The notes under the pieces: generated by a model
Seen by the model: only the letters and a program-made list of their open reading frames with translations
Told to the model about the DNA's origin: nothing
The model's database searches: none
Shown: piece after piece, positions 21,551 to 36,698 of the stretch
Layout of the letters: each line of letters begins with the position of its first letter
Position numbering within the stretch: the stretch's first letter is position 1
Program-made: the position numbers and the translations under genes
DNA from: Paramoeba atlantica
Taxonomy: Eukaryota > Protista > Discosea
DNA length: 64,000 bases
Assembly (NCBI GenBank): GCA_977017575.1
Contig: CDRNVI010000076.1
Location: 1 to 64,000 of the forward strand
Direction: 5' to 3'

Positions 21551-21811
21551 AAAAACACGGTTTGCATTTTGTATATATAAGATGAAAAAAATTTTGGATG
21601 GTTCGACCCGTAATTGAAAGTGAGGCGAAAGTGCCCACAAGTCGCAACGCAGCTCACTCGTATGATTGAATACATCTTGTGGCTTCCTAGTAAGCCGATG
21701 TATGCACGATGAGGAACAGAAATACAGTCCCATTGAGATGGGTACTACATTGAACCTTGCAGTTTACTGTGAGGGAACAGATTGAGAGAGGAATCACCCT
21801 CCCTTTCAAGA

Positions 21812-23835
21812 AACCTGGTTGATTCTGCCAGTAGTCATATGCTTGTTTCAAGGATTAAGCCATGCAAGCCTAAGAGTAACTGAGACAATAGGAGGTCTGC
21901 GAACGGCTCATTATATCAGAAATGATCTACCGGGAGAATTGCAGTGAAAACTGCTTGAATGGATAACTTCGCGAAAGGCGAAGCTAATACATGTACGTCA
22001 CGTGACACATTCCATTCAACCACTGCGGGGAAACCCAAGGTGGGGAATGTGGCTCGCGAATGGTTGGTACAAAGACCGACGCCAGTAATGGCAGTGTCGT
22101 AAATTGATGAATCAAACCATTCAGCAAAAGCGCACCTTTGGTGTGCGAGTCCCGACGAATTTCTGCCCTATCAGCTTTTGACGGTAGTGTAGTGGACTAC
22201 CGTGGCGATAACGGGTACGGGGAATTAGGGTTCGATTCCGGAGAGGGAGCCTGAGAAACAGCTACCACTTCTACGGAGGGCAGCAGGCGCGTAAATTGCC
22301 CAATGCCAAATTGGTGAGGCAGCGAAGAGAAATAGCGTCCCCGCCTCTTTGAGTGTGGGGTTCGCAATGGGTGGTACGTAAACCCACCAACGAGTAACAA
22401 TTGGAGGACAAGTCTGGTGCCAGCACCCGCGGTAATTCCAGCTCCAATAGCGTATATTAACGTTGTTGCTGTTAAAGGGTTCGTAGTTGAATTCAGAGTG
22501 GTGAAAGTTTGCTGCCTCGGCAGCTCTTCCTCACCACTCTGTCCTAGACGGGGCCGGAGTCTGCGGAAGCGTCCCTTCAGTGGTGACGTGGAAGCGGTTG
22601 GCCGAAGAGGCTAACATCCCACATGCAACGCATGTCGAGACCGCCCGTCGTTATCACTGTGAAGAAAACAGCGTGTTCAAAGCAGCCGCCTGCGGCTGGA
22701 TGATAAAGCATGGAATGACAAAGCATCGACCACTGGGTCAGTCTTTTGTCGGTTTTTACGACCCAACATGGGTAATCGGTTGGCGAAGTGTTAATTTCCG
22801 TCACCTTGTGTGATGGAAAGCTTCGTCGAACACGGGATCAATGGGGGTTGTCGGGGGAAAACGTATCTGAGCGTGAGAGGTGAAATTCTTAGACCGCTCG
22901 GGGACGAACTTATGCGAAGGCATTTTCCAAGTATACCTTCATCAATCAAGAACTAAAGTGTGGAGATCGAAGATGATTAGATACCATTGTAGTCCACGAC
23001 TGCAAACGATGACGCCCATGGATCGGATAGCATTTTGCTCTGATGGGATCTTTTCGGCACTGCTCCCCCTTCAACGCGAAAGCTGAGGCTATGGTCTCAT
23101 GGGGGAGTACGTTCGCAAGGCTGAAACTTAAAGAAATTGACGGAATGGCACCACCAGGCGTGGAGTGTGCGGTTTAATTTGACTCAACACGGGGAACCTT
23201 ACCAGGACAGGACAACGGTAGGATTGACAGATTGAGAGTTCTTTCTTAATTCGTTTGACGGTGGTGCATGGCCGCTTTTGGTCGGTGAAGTGATTTGTTT
23301 GGTTGATTCCTTTAACGGACGAGACCCAATCCGCTTACTAGGGGCACCATCTACCGAAAGGTAAACGGAAGCGAGGGGATTCGTCCCACTCGTCTTCCCA
23401 GATAGTGCATCCCCTTCTTCGCGGCATTCCGTGCGCCTTAGCACGGTGGCATTTTGGGCAACAGCAGGTCCGTGATGCTCCTAAATGTCCTGGGCGACAC
23501 GCGCACTACAATGACAAAGTGAATGAGTGAAGCCTTTTTGGTCCTTCTTCGAAAGAAGTGGGGAAACTGAGAAAACTCTGTCGTGCTTGGGATCGAAGCT
23601 TGCAATTATTCTTCTTGAACGAGGAATGCCTAGTAGACGTGCTTCATCAAAGCGCATTGACTACGTCCCTGCCATTTGTACACACCGCCCGTCGTTGTTA
23701 CCGATGCCAGTTGGATAAAGGTTAACGGACTTGCGATCCCTTCGAGGATTGTGGGAAAGTTAACCCATATTTAACTAGTAGAGGAAGCAAAAGTCGTAAC
23801 AAGGTAGCTGTAGGTGAACCTGCAGCTGGATCATT
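21812..23835 (+). rRNA. 18S rRNA: 18S rRNA, unit 3
   Basis: AACCTGGTTGATTCTGCC ... GGATCATT. Confidence 0.98.
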
Positions 23836-24089
23836 TCGAAAGTTTTCGAACCTTGAACAACAGGCACACCGTACGGTGCGTCCTAACACAGCCCTCCCGA
23901 GTGCTCGTTTGCGCTCGGGGAAGGGAAACCGTCTGTTCCAAACCCCGTTCGCGGGGTTTGGGGGGACTCTTTTTTTGTTCCTCCTCGTCGACGGCGCAAG
24001 CCGTAGACGGCTCAAGGGGGTTTACTCGGCCCGGTGCTACGCGTGGGGGGGAAACCCCCCACGCGCCCGGATGAAACCGAGTCATGTAT

Positions 24090-24246
24090 AACTTATGACG
24101 GTGGATGTCTTGGCTTCCCAATCGATGAAGGACGCGGCAATATGCGATAATTCGTACGCATTGCAGAATCAAGCGTAGTACTAAACCTTTGAACGCAACA
24201 TGTGTGCTGGGTCTCGCACTCAAGCACGTCCACAGTTCAGTGCCGA
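24090..24246 (+). rRNA. 5.8S rRNA: 5.8S rRNA, unit 3
   Basis: Same as unit 1 at offset +22147. Confidence 0.93.
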
Positions 24247-24319
24247 TAACCTTGCTGGGGAACGACACGTGCCCTGAAATCGAATTCCGTTGGTGTCTCA
24301 CACCAAAGAAACCATTTTC

Positions 24320-25730
24320 AAGGCCTGAGCTGTGGTCGACCACCCGCTGAACTTAAGCATATCATTAAGCGGAGGAAAAGAAAACAACTGTGATTCCCCT
24401 AGTAGCGGCGAGCGAAGAGGGATTAGCCCAATCCGAATCGGATCACATCCGAATTGTGGGGTAAGAGGTCTCAGGAAAGCCTGGACACTCGGACAAGTCT
24501 TCCTGGAACGGAGCGCCATAGAGGGTGAGAGCCCCTTGATCCGAGTCCTCCTCAGGCGGGATTAACTTGAGACTTGCGGAGTAGTACTGCTTGGGAATGC
24601 AGTGCGAAGGGCAGGTATACCTCTGCCAAGGCTAAATATCTTGGGAAGACCGATAGCATACAAGTAGCGTGAGCGAAAGATGAAAAGCACTTTGGAGAGA
24701 GAGTGAAATAGCACCTGAAGCCGTCATAAGATAAGGGATGTACCACTATCCAAGACGTGTGTAGGGCACCTCGGGGGCAACCCCGGGGTGTCTTCCGCAC
24801 ACGTCATGTCTGTCGCTGTTCCCACGCCGAGCAAGGGGGTTGGTGTGATTTCGCACCTTCGTCACTTTTGTACTCGAGCGTGTGGTTGGGACAGTCTTAC
24901 CCTTCGGGAGGGATGAAACGGTGGAGATCTCGGCTGCGGCTCCGTCCTGGGTTTGGAGCGTCTCCCGCCCTCGGGTGGGGGCCTCCGGCTCGGATGGGGT
25001 TCGCGGCAGGAGCTCCCGTGTTCGCTCTCCACAGACAGACTTTGAGATGGCCATAGGCCACGATGGGGTTCATCCGCCCGTCTTGAAACACGGACCAAGG
25101 AGTCTAACAAGTATGCGAGTCATATACTGGAAAGGTATAAGGCGTACTGAAAGGGAAGCGCGTATGTCCGCGTGAGGTGTCAACCCGTTGTGCGGGGTTA
25201 TGCCCCGCACCCGGGTGCAACACCGGCCGAGACTTGGCCATGGGCCGGGTTTTTGAGCCTGAGCATACATGTTGGGACCCGAAAGGTGGTGATCTATGCC
25301 TGAACAGGACGAAGCCGAGGGAAACCTGGGTGGAGGTCCGTAGCGATGTTGACGTGCAAATCACTCGTTGGATTTGGGTATAGGGGCGAAAGACTCATCG
25401 AACCACCTAGTAGCTGGTTCACCCCGAAGTTTCCCTCAGGATAGCTGGTGACAGTAAAGCAGTCGTGTGCGGTAAAGCAAATGATTAGAGGCATTGGCTT
25501 CAATTTGATGTCGACCTATTCTCAAACTTTAAACGTGCACAGCATTTGGCTTGCTTTCATGAAGCCAAAGGTAATGGATGATGTCACCAAGTGGGCCTCT
25601 TTCGGTAAGCGGAACAGGCGATGCGGAATGCTCCGCAAGGGAACTTAAGGCGCCTAAGTGCGGGCTCATAGATACCATGAAGGGTGTTCGTTGATCTAGA
25701 CAGCAGGACGGTGGCCATGGAAGTCGGAAT

Positions 25731-25764
<34 letters not shown>

Positions 25765-26858
25765 TCAACCAGCCCCGAAAATGGATGGCGCTCAAGCCCG
25801 CCGCCGACAGTTCCCCGGAACTGTAACTGTGGGAGGGCACAAGAAACACAGTTCCGTGTAGGGGTGCGTGGAGGCAAAGCTGCGAAGCCTTTGGCGTGAG
25901 CCTGGGTGGAGCTGCCTCTAGTGCAGATCTTGGTTGTAGTAGCGAATATTCAACTGCGGAAATTCCGCGATATATCGTTGAAGGCTGAAGTGGGGAAGGG
26001 TTTCGTGTCAACGGCGATCGGACACGAGTCACTCGGTACTAAAGCCAACGTTGGACCGCACTTGTGGAACGGGGTGATGGCCGCCCGGGCGCCGCGTTCG
26101 CTCACCTCGTGTGGGCGGGCGTCGATGCCTGGGAACTCTACGGCTCCACCCAGTTGGCTGAAAGTAAAGCGGGCTTAACATTCCCGCAGCTGACCATGGG
26201 AATTTGAGGCGGTAACGCTTTTGAGACGATGCTGGTGACAGTGTGGGACGGGCCCGGAAGAGTTCTCTTTTCTTTTGAATGGACTTCCCCCTCCGTTGAG
26301 TTCGCGTCGTGCGGTGACGCGGAAGGGGATCCAGCAAAGCCATGCATTTGTGCGTGGTAGGGAAACCGTCTCACGCTTCAGAAAAAGCCAGCGGGGTCCT
26401 ATTTCCTGATGGCAGGCCGTACCCATATCCGCATCCGGTCCCCAAGCTTAGAAAGCTCTAGCCAATAGAACAAGGTAGTCTAAGGGAAGTCGGCAAATTA
26501 GATGCGTATGCTCGCGAGAAGCATTGGCTCTGAAGGCAAAGCTGTTGGGAGCCGGCAAGTCCCTGGGCTCAAGGTCCTGGCTGACGTGCCCGCGTCGCGT
26601 GCTCCGCCCGCCTTGCGTGGGTGGGGCGTGTGTGCTGCGGTGTCACGCTTGACGGGGCCTCCAGGGACTACGCCGACCCTTCGGGGACGGTGCAGCCGGG
26701 CAAACTCTCACAGCGCTGAATTGCTGTTTCAGAACTGCTTACCAAGGGGAATCCAACTGTATAATTAAAACACAGGCTTGCGACGCAGCCAAGTGCTGTA
26801 TGACGCAAGCTGATTTCTGCCCAGTGCTCTGAATGTCAATGTGACGAGATTCACCTAC

Positions 26859-26915
<57 letters not shown>

Positions 26916-27660
26916 TTCTAATTAGAGACGCGCATGAATGGATTAATGAGATTCCCACTGTCCCTAGCTACCATCTAGCGAACCAACTGCGTCAAGGGAA
27001 CGGTCTTGAATGATTAAGCGGGGAAAGAAGACCCTGTTGAGTTTGACTCCAGTCTCAGTTTGCCGGGCGACATAGGAGGTGTAGTCATAGGTGGGAGGTG
27101 CTCGAAAGGGTGCCGGTTCTGAAAAACCACTTCTTTTATCGTTGCTCGGCAAATCCAATGATAAGGCAAAGGGAGTTATGTCTTAAGGGGCTTCACGGCT
27201 CCCAGGGCATTCGTGCACCGTCCGAGTCCTACGGGAAATTCAACGGTGCCAACTCACCTGTTGTAGCTCTAAACCCAGGTGCGGATGTACCAGGGTGAGC
27301 CTATGTTTGGAGACAAGACTGAGATGGGGAGTTTGGCTGGGGCGGCATATCTGCTAAACGACAACGCAGGTGTCCTAAGGCGAGCTCAGTGAGGACAGAA
27401 ACCTCACGTGGCGCACAAGGGCAAAAGCTCGCTTGATCTTAGACTTTCAGTACGAGTCTAGAATGTGAAAGCATGGCCAGCGATCCTTTGAGCACGTACA
27501 TTCAGGTATAATGCCAGAGGTGTCATAAAAATTACCACAGGGATAACTGGCTTGTGGCAGCCAAGCGTTCCTAGCGACGTTGCCGTTTGATCCTTCGATG
27601 TCGGCTCTTCCTAGCCTTGCGCCGCAGTTGACGCAAAGGGTCGGATTGTTCACCCGGATG

Positions 27661-27704
<44 letters not shown>

Positions 27705-27992
27705 TTACCCTACTTAATCAAACATTTCGGCAGGTTTGCCGAGGGAAATACGAAGTAGTACGAGAGGAACTTTCGTTTCGCCTCCCTAGCAACAGCGGCC
27801 CTTTGAAAAGAGGCGCCGCAAGACCACCAGGCGATGATTAACAGCTGAACGCCTCTTAAGCTGGAAATCAATCCCGAAGCAAACTTGGGCCTTCTAGGCC
27901 ACTTGGGCGCAAAACGCGAGCGCGAAAACCATAATTACTCAAGTAATACGCGCGGTAGTAACCCTACCCCTATGAAAGAGCGGAGCGTCCAA
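24320..27992 (+). rRNA. 28S rRNA: 28S rRNA, unit 3 (3' end approximate)
   Basis: Same motifs as unit 1 at offset +22147. Confidence 0.97.
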
Positions 27993-30398
27993 TCACACCC
28001 GGAACAGACGATTCCTTATGCACGACCTGGTGTAAGTGTTGGAGGAACCTCGGTTCCGACTCACTGAGCCCGTGTACGTGCCCATAGGTGCAATTTTGCA
28101 ATTCAATCTACCTAACAAGGAGTAGGTAACAAGGCCTAACTTAGGCAACAACAAGGCAATAGTCTTGACACACACACTCAGATCCCTGCATGGGATCTCA
28201 CAAACGTGCATTCCATATAAACAACCACAGGGGTGGTCAATAAAAAAGGACCCCACATTCTCGTCACCAACATCCACGGTGAGTCCTGCACAACCCTCTC
28301 TCTTCAAGCTTACACAGCTTCCTCACTATATAAATGAAACAGATGTAGAGCACATAGCAGGTGTGCTATGTGTGATCATGTGTTGATACACTCTCACTCC
28401 ACGGTCAAGTCTCAACAACCTCATGGTTGGGTCAGACACCCACTCACACGACAACAAAGTCCTTATGCACGACCTGGTGTAAGTGTTGGAGGAACCTCGG
28501 TTCCGACTCACTGAGCCCGTGTACGTGCCCATAGGTGCAATTTTGCAATTCAATCTACCTAACAAGGAGTAAACAAAGATAACACAAAGGTGTTATGCCT
28601 TGATCACAGAGACAAAACCGTCTCGATCACAAAGACTCCGCATTACAGTGTGGGGTTCTCAGGAACGTGCTTCTCATGTGCACAAGAATGTATGTGTTCC
28701 ACATGCACGAGAGGTACATAAAGCGCTTCATGGTAGTCTCATGGTTGGGTCAGACACCCACTCACACGACAACAAAGTCTTTATGCACGACCTGGTGTAA
28801 GTGTTGGAGGAACCTCGGTTCCGACTCACTGAGCCCGTGTACGTGCCCATAGGTGCAATTCAATCTACGTAACAAGGAGTAAACAAAGATATGGGAGTAA
28901 ACAAAGGCCATGCCTTGATCACAAAGACGCTCCGCATTACGGCGTGGGGATCTCAGGAACGTGCTTCTCATGTGCACAAGAACATGTGTGAATCAACACA
29001 CTACCTTCTTACTTAACCTCTTTTACACACAGCTTGGGTCTTACGGCATACACAAGAGTAGGTGCATACGACGCATAAAACAAAAAAATCAGAATGATCT
29101 AGTTGAAAGAACCTCCGTTCCGACTCACTGTACTACCACTTTGTTCCACAGATCGCTCTGTTTTTAACCGGATGGGAGTGGCTTAGTATGATTGAAATGG
29201 ATTGAATGCGTAACGACGCCTCCAATCCCTCCACGGAGGCACGGCATCCACACCGCAGTGAGGATGATGCGTGCGCAAGAGTTAGTACTGTCTGAGAATA
29301 AAAAAATCAACAAGGTACAGAAACTGTATCTCTATCGTTACCGTGTACATGCCTCTAAGTGCAATTTCGCAAATCAACGAAAACAAATGATCCTTCACAG
29401 GGCAGACATACTCATGACTCTGCTTTCAAGGCACTGCAGTCATGAGCTGCAGTCATTTTGGGGGCGAGGTTGTCCAGTGATTGACTGCTCGTTACACTCG
29501 CTTAGCGATGAATTCCGATCCTTCATCCCTTCGTCAAAGTCATCCCACTTCCGATTTACGTCATCTATCTTCCCGGAATACGGGAAATTCGTTTTTGAGT
29601 GGGAATGTTCTATGAGAGAGAAAGCACTGAGTATGGAGAGGAAAGCTAGTGAACAAGAGAGCCAAACTACAAATTTTATAAGTAGTGCACGTGAATTTGT
29701 TCCGTACATCGATAAGTAGCGTACCTGGATAAGTAGCGTGCTTGGGGGCACAGATGGGCGTTGTAGTAGTTTGGATGAGTACTCATCGAAACGACCTCTG
29801 CACATGGTACTTTGGATGAGTACTTTTCACTATATTACCAACGTCTGACTCTGTAAGGCTAAACTGTGAACGTAGCCCTGGGACACGTGTGCTTCTCTCT
29901 AGATTCGTGGGAAGCAATTTGCGAAGCCCAACTACTTGATAACAAATTTTAGTACCCATTTTGGCCGCGCGGGGGCCCCCGCGTGAGCGGGGGTGCGCGC
30001 GGCCGCGAAACGGCGAGGGACCGCGTGAGCGGGCCTGAGCCGCACCCCGCGTAGGATTCCCCTGTGCGTCGTTAGTGGGAAGCAATTTGCGAAGCTCACC
30101 GAATTTCGTAGTTTTCTCTACGCAGGCGTTGTCAACGTATGTAGTGAAGTGTAGGATACTGAACGCACGGAAAACGAAAATCAAAAAAAAATCTTGGGTG
30201 TTCCACAAAAGTCCTTGACTTATGCAAAAGTCCTTGACTTCCACCGGCGCTGAGAACCTATGTCTGCCACTTCCGCAGGATTGTGTATTTTTGTACTATA
30301 TTGCATCACCTATAACCTGGCAACAATTTACGTGATTGCTGACTACGGAAGAAAGTACTCATGAGATGCGCCACGGAAGAAAGTACTCATCCAAAGTA

Positions 30399-30767
30399 CC
30401 ATGTGCAGAGGTCGTTTCAATGAGTACTCATCCAAACTACCGTGTGAAGAGGTCGTTTCGATGAGTACTCATCCAAACTACCATGTGAGGAGGTCGTTTC
30501 GATGAGTACTCATCCAAACTACCATGTGAAGAGGTCGTTTCAATGAGTACTCATCCAAACTACCATGTGAAGAGGTCGTTTCAATGAGTACTCATCCAAA
30601 CTACCATGTGAAGAGGTCGTTTCAATGAGTACGCATCCAAACTACCATGTGAAGAGGTCGTTTCAATGAGTACTCATCCAAACTACCATGTGAAGAGGTC
30701 GTTTCAATGAGTACTCATCCAAACTACCATGTGAAGAGGTCATTTCGATGAGTACTCATCCAAACTA
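30399..30767. repeat. 41-bp IGS satellite, 9 copies (unit 3)
   Basis: 369 bp = 9 x 41. Confidence 0.97.
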
Positions 30768-30946
30768 CCATTACAACGCGATTTATGGTAGTTTGGATGA
30801 GTACTTCCATTTTCGTCGGAGGCCGGTGATAGTAGTTTGGATGAGTACTCATCGAAACTACCACAACCCCCTAGGAGGTAATGGTAGTTTGGATGAGTAC
30901 TCATCGGAACTACCACAATCCCCACAGATGCATCGAGCTCCCTCTG

Positions 30947-31268
30947 AAAAAGTGACAGCTGGCCACCCTATGAAAAAGTGGCCACCTGGCCCCGCTTTGA
31001 AAAAGTGGCCACCTGGCCACCCTATGAAAAAGTGGCCACCTGGCCACCCTATAAAAAAGTGGCCACCTGGCCACCCTATGCGTAACCTGGCCACCCCATA
31101 AAAAAGGGGCCACCTGGCCACCCTATCGAAAAGTAGCCACCTGGCCACCCTATGAAAAAGTGGCCACCTGGCCACCCTATGAAAAAGTGGCCACCTGGCC
31201 GCCCTATGAAAAAGTGGCCACCTGGCCGCCCTATGAAGAAGTGGCCACCTGGCCACCCTATGAAAAAG
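30947..31268. repeat. Distal 27-bp array, 12 copies (unit 3)
   Basis: Same length and monomer order as unit 2. Confidence 0.95.
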
Positions 31269-32291
31269 TGTGGTGTCCGGGTGATAGCCAGGCACGATCC
31301 AAAATTTACTGCTTTTAGCCGCGTGCTCCAGGCTATGAAATCATAGCTTTTGCCGCACTGCACACTTTTTAGGCTGTGCGCACTACGGACGGCACATCGG
31401 CCAAGCATCCAATGATCATTTGTTAGTGTGTATGGGTATTTACCCTAGTTTCCTAGTGTTTCGTTGTGTTAACACTGGGTAACTCCATACGCGGGAAAGA
31501 ATCTGTCCTACTTTTTTAGCACCTTGATTTATTGGTGACGGGCAGACTCTTTCCGCGGCATTCCTCACACCCTAGTTCTTTGGCGCCTTGTTTTGTTGCC
31601 GCCGGGTGCTGGAATTGCTATTTTTGGAGATGAAAAAGGTCCAAAAAGTTGTTCACCCACTCACTGTAATCCTGTAAGAAACCCCTTTTGTCCTACAAGT
31701 GGGGTCGTAGCGCAAGCTTCTCTCGCGAGAGACTTCCCTATGTCGGTCCTCGTACTCTTTTGAAGCGGGGCTGAGACAACTTTCACACCGTTGGCGGTGC
31801 AGGTGGTGAAAGAGAAAAAATTAGAGATCAGCAATGAGGGGATTCACGCGGCGACGTAGGCATTGAACAAGGGTTTTCTTTCTCAAAAGTTTCTACAGAA
31901 AGTGTGTGTTTCCACTCACGCACCTCACTGGAGACACCCCATTAACTGGGTAGCGCGAGACTTGCTAACCAACGCTTAAGTGAATCTCGTGTTGCGTCAG
32001 GCTCTGCTTTGCTTGTATTCGCTAAAACTACACTGCTCCGGATTGTTAGAATTGAAGATTTTTATGCTTTGGTCTCTGCTGGAGATGGGGTAGGATTATC
32101 TCTCCCACCTGACACATCCAAAAGGATATCTAGACAACATCATCCCGTTCGGTTAATAAGAAAGGGGTGCTTAACGAAAAAGTGGTGCTTAGCAAAGAAG
32201 GGGTGGGTTGCCTGGAAAAGTAACGTACCTTCTTGGTTTCCCGAAACGATTTATTCCGTGAGATCCCGATGATTAGTCCTTCCCGAGATGG

Positions 32292-32484
32292 AAAAAGTGG
32301 CCACCTGGCCACCCCCCAAAAAAAGTGGCCACCTGGCCACCCCCCAAAAAAAGTGGCCACCTGGCCACCCCCCAAAAAAAGTGGCCACCTGGCCACCCCC
32401 CCAAAAAAAGTGGCCACCTGGCCACCCCCCCAAAAAAAGTGGCCACCTGGCCACCCCCCCAAAAAAAGTGGCCACCTGGCCACC
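32292..32484. repeat. Proximal 28/29-bp array, 7 copies
   Basis: Same as 10424-10616. Confidence 0.96.
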
Positions 32485-32745
32485 AAAAACACGGTTTGCA
32501 TTTTGTATATATAAGATGAAAAAAATTTTGGATGGTTCGACCCGTAATTGAAAGTGAGGCGAAAGTGCCCACAAGTCGCAACGCAGCTCACTCGTATGAT
32601 TGAATACATCTTGTGGCTTCCTAGTAAGCCGATGTATGCACGATGAGGAACAGAAATACAGTCCCATTGAGATGGGTACTACATTGAACCTTGCAGTTTA
32701 CTGTGAGGGAACAGATTGAGAGAGGAATCACCCTCCCTTTCAAGA

Positions 32746-34769
32746 AACCTGGTTGATTCTGCCAGTAGTCATATGCTTGTTTCAAGGATTAAGCCATGCA
32801 AGCCTAAGAGTAACTGAGACAATAGGAGGTCTGCGAACGGCTCATTATATCAGAAATGATCTACCGGGAGAATTGCAGTGAAAACTGCTTGAATGGATAA
32901 CTTCGCGAAAGGCGAAGCTAATACATGTACGTCACGTGACACATTCCATTCAACCACTGCGGGGAAACCCAAGGTGGGGAATGTGGCTCGCGAATGGTTG
33001 GTACAAAGACCGACGCCAGTAATGGCAGTGTCGTAAATTGATGAATCAAACCATTCAGCAAAAGCGCACCTTTGGTGTGCGAGTCCCGACGAATTTCTGC
33101 CCTATCAGCTTTTGACGGTAGTGTAGTGGACTACCGTGGCGATAACGGGTACGGGGAATTAGGGTTCGATTCCGGAGAGGGAGCCTGAGAAACAGCTACC
33201 ACTTCTACGGAGGGCAGCAGGCGCGTAAATTGCCCAATGCCAAATTGGTGAGGCAGCGAAGAGAAATAGCGTCCCCGCCTCTTTGAGTGTGGGGTTCGCA
33301 ATGGGTGGTACGTAAACCCACCAACGAGTAACAATTGGAGGACAAGTCTGGTGCCAGCACCCGCGGTAATTCCAGCTCCAATAGCGTATATTAACGTTGT
33401 TGCTGTTAAAGGGTTCGTAGTTGAATTCAGAGTGGTGAAAGTTTGCTGCCTCGGCAGCTCTTCCTCACCACTCTGTCCTAGACGGGGCCGGAGTCTGCGG
33501 AAGCGTCCCTTCAGTGGTGACGTGGAAGCGGTTGGCCGAAGAGGCTAACATCCCACATGCAACGCATGTCGAGACCGCCCGTCGTTATCACTGTGAAGAA
33601 AACAGCGTGTTCAAAGCAGCCGCCTGCGGCTGGATGATAAAGCATGGAATGACAAAGCATCGACCACTGGGTCAGTCTTTTGTCGGTTTTTACGACCCAA
33701 CATGGGTAATCGGTTGGCGAAGTGTTAATTTCCGTCACCTTGTGTGATGGAAAGCTTCGTCGAACACGGGATCAATGGGGGTTGTCGGGGGAAAACGTAT
33801 CTGAGCGTGAGAGGTGAAATTCTTAGACCGCTCGGGGACGAACTTATGCGAAGGCATTTTCCAAGTATACCTTCATCAATCAAGAACTAAAGTGTGGAGA
33901 TCGAAGATGATTAGATACCATTGTAGTCCACGACTGCAAACGATGACGCCCATGGATCGGATAGCATTTTGCTCTGATGGGATCTTTTCGGCACTGCTCC
34001 CCCTTCAACGCGAAAGCTGAGGCTATGGTCTCATGGGGGAGTACGTTCGCAAGGCTGAAACTTAAAGAAATTGACGGAATGGCACCACCAGGCGTGGAGT
34101 GTGCGGTTTAATTTGACTCAACACGGGGAACCTTACCAGGACAGGACAACGGTAGGATTGACAGATTGAGAGTTCTTTCTTAATTCGTTTGACGGTGGTG
34201 CATGGCCGCTTTTGGTCGGTGAAGTGATTTGTTTGGTTGATTCCTTTAACGGACGAGACCCAATCCGCTTACTAGGGGCACCATCTACCGAAAGGTAAAC
34301 GGAAGCGAGGGGATTCGTCCCACTCGTCTTCCCAGATAGTGCATCCCCTTCTTCGCGGCATTCCGTGCGCCTTAGCACGGTGGCATTTTGGGCAACAGCA
34401 GGTCCGTGATGCTCCTAAATGTCCTGGGCGACACGCGCACTACAATGACAAAGTGAATGAGTGAAGCCTTTTTGGTCCTTCTTCGAAAGAAGTGGGGAAA
34501 CTGAGAAAACTCTGTCGTGCTTGGGATCGAAGCTTGCAATTATTCTTCTTGAACGAGGAATGCCTAGTAGACGTGCTTCATCAAAGCGCATTGACTACGT
34601 CCCTGCCATTTGTACACACCGCCCGTCGTTGTTACCGATGCCAGTTGGATAAAGGTTAACGGACTTGCGATCCCTTCGAGGATTGTGGGAAAGTTAACCC
34701 ATATTTAACTAGTAGAGGAAGCAAAAGTCGTAACAAGGTAGCTGTAGGTGAACCTGCAGCTGGATCATT
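32746..34769 (+). rRNA. 18S rRNA: 18S rRNA, unit 4
   Basis: AACCTGGTTGATTCTGCC ... GGATCATT. Confidence 0.98.
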
Positions 34770-35023
34770 TCGAAAGTTTTCGAACCTTGAACAACAGGCA
34801 CACCGTACGGTGCGTCCTAACACAGCCCTCCCGAGTGCTCGTTTGCGCTCGGGGAAGGGAAACCGTCTGTTCCAAACCCCGTTCGCGGGGTTTGGGGGGA
34901 CTCTTTTTTTGTTCCTCCTCGTCGACGGCGCAAGCCGTAGACGGCTCAAGGGGGTTTACTCGGCCCGGTGCTACGCGTGGGGGGGAAACCCCCCACGCGC
35001 CCGGATGAAACCGAGTCATGTAT

Positions 35024-35180
35024 AACTTATGACGGTGGATGTCTTGGCTTCCCAATCGATGAAGGACGCGGCAATATGCGATAATTCGTACGCATTGCAG
35101 AATCAAGCGTAGTACTAAACCTTTGAACGCAACATGTGTGCTGGGTCTCGCACTCAAGCACGTCCACAGTTCAGTGCCGA
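35024..35180 (+). rRNA. 5.8S rRNA: 5.8S rRNA, unit 4
   Basis: Same as unit 1 at offset +33081. Confidence 0.93.
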
Positions 35181-35253
35181 TAACCTTGCTGGGGAACGAC
35201 ACGTGCCCTGAAATCGAATTCCGTTGGTGTCTCACACCAAAGAAACCATTTTC

Positions 35254-36664
35254 AAGGCCTGAGCTGTGGTCGACCACCCGCTGAACTTAAGCATATCATT
35301 AAGCGGAGGAAAAGAAAACAACTGTGATTCCCCTAGTAGCGGCGAGCGAAGAGGGATTAGCCCAATCCGAATCGGATCACATCCGAATTGTGGGGTAAGA
35401 GGTCTCAGGAAAGCCTGGACACTCGGACAAGTCTTCCTGGAACGGAGCGCCATAGAGGGTGAGAGCCCCTTGATCCGAGTCCTCCTCAGGCGGGATTAAC
35501 TTGAGACTTGCGGAGTAGTACTGCTTGGGAATGCAGTGCGAAGGGCAGGTATACCTCTGCCAAGGCTAAATATCTTGGGAAGACCGATAGCATACAAGTA
35601 GCGTGAGCGAAAGATGAAAAGCACTTTGGAGAGAGAGTGAAATAGCACCTGAAGCCGTCATAAGATAAGGGATGTACCACTATCCAAGACGTGTGTAGGG
35701 CACCTCGGGGGCAACCCCGGGGTGTCTTCCGCACACGTCATGTCTGTCGCTGTTCCCACGCCGAGCAAGGGGGTTGGTGTGATTTCGCACCTTCGTCACT
35801 TTTGTACTCGAGCGTGTGGTTGGGACAGTCTTACCCTTCGGGAGGGATGAAACGGTGGAGATCTCGGCTGCGGCTCCGTCCTGGGTTTGGAGCGTCTCCC
35901 GCCCTCGGGTGGGGGCCTCCGGCTCGGATGGGGTTCGCGGCAGGAGCTCCCGTGTTCGCTCTCCACAGACAGACTTTGAGATGGCCATAGGCCACGATGG
36001 GGTTCATCCGCCCGTCTTGAAACACGGACCAAGGAGTCTAACAAGTATGCGAGTCATATACTGGAAAGGTATAAGGCGTACTGAAAGGGAAGCGCGTATG
36101 TCCGCGTGAGGTGTCAACCCGTTGTGCGGGGTTATGCCCCGCACCCGGGTGCAACACCGGCCGAGACTTGGCCATGGGCCGGGTTTTTGAGCCTGAGCAT
36201 ACATGTTGGGACCCGAAAGGTGGTGATCTATGCCTGAACAGGACGAAGCCGAGGGAAACCTGGGTGGAGGTCCGTAGCGATGTTGACGTGCAAATCACTC
36301 GTTGGATTTGGGTATAGGGGCGAAAGACTCATCGAACCACCTAGTAGCTGGTTCACCCCGAAGTTTCCCTCAGGATAGCTGGTGACAGTAAAGCAGTCGT
36401 GTGCGGTAAAGCAAATGATTAGAGGCATTGGCTTCAATTTGATGTCGACCTATTCTCAAACTTTAAACGTGCACAGCATTTGGCTTGCTTTCATGAAGCC
36501 AAAGGTAATGGATGATGTCACCAAGTGGGCCTCTTTCGGTAAGCGGAACAGGCGATGCGGAATGCTCCGCAAGGGAACTTAAGGCGCCTAAGTGCGGGCT
36601 CATAGATACCATGAAGGGTGTTCGTTGATCTAGACAGCAGGACGGTGGCCATGGAAGTCGGAAT

Positions 36665-36698
<34 letters not shown>
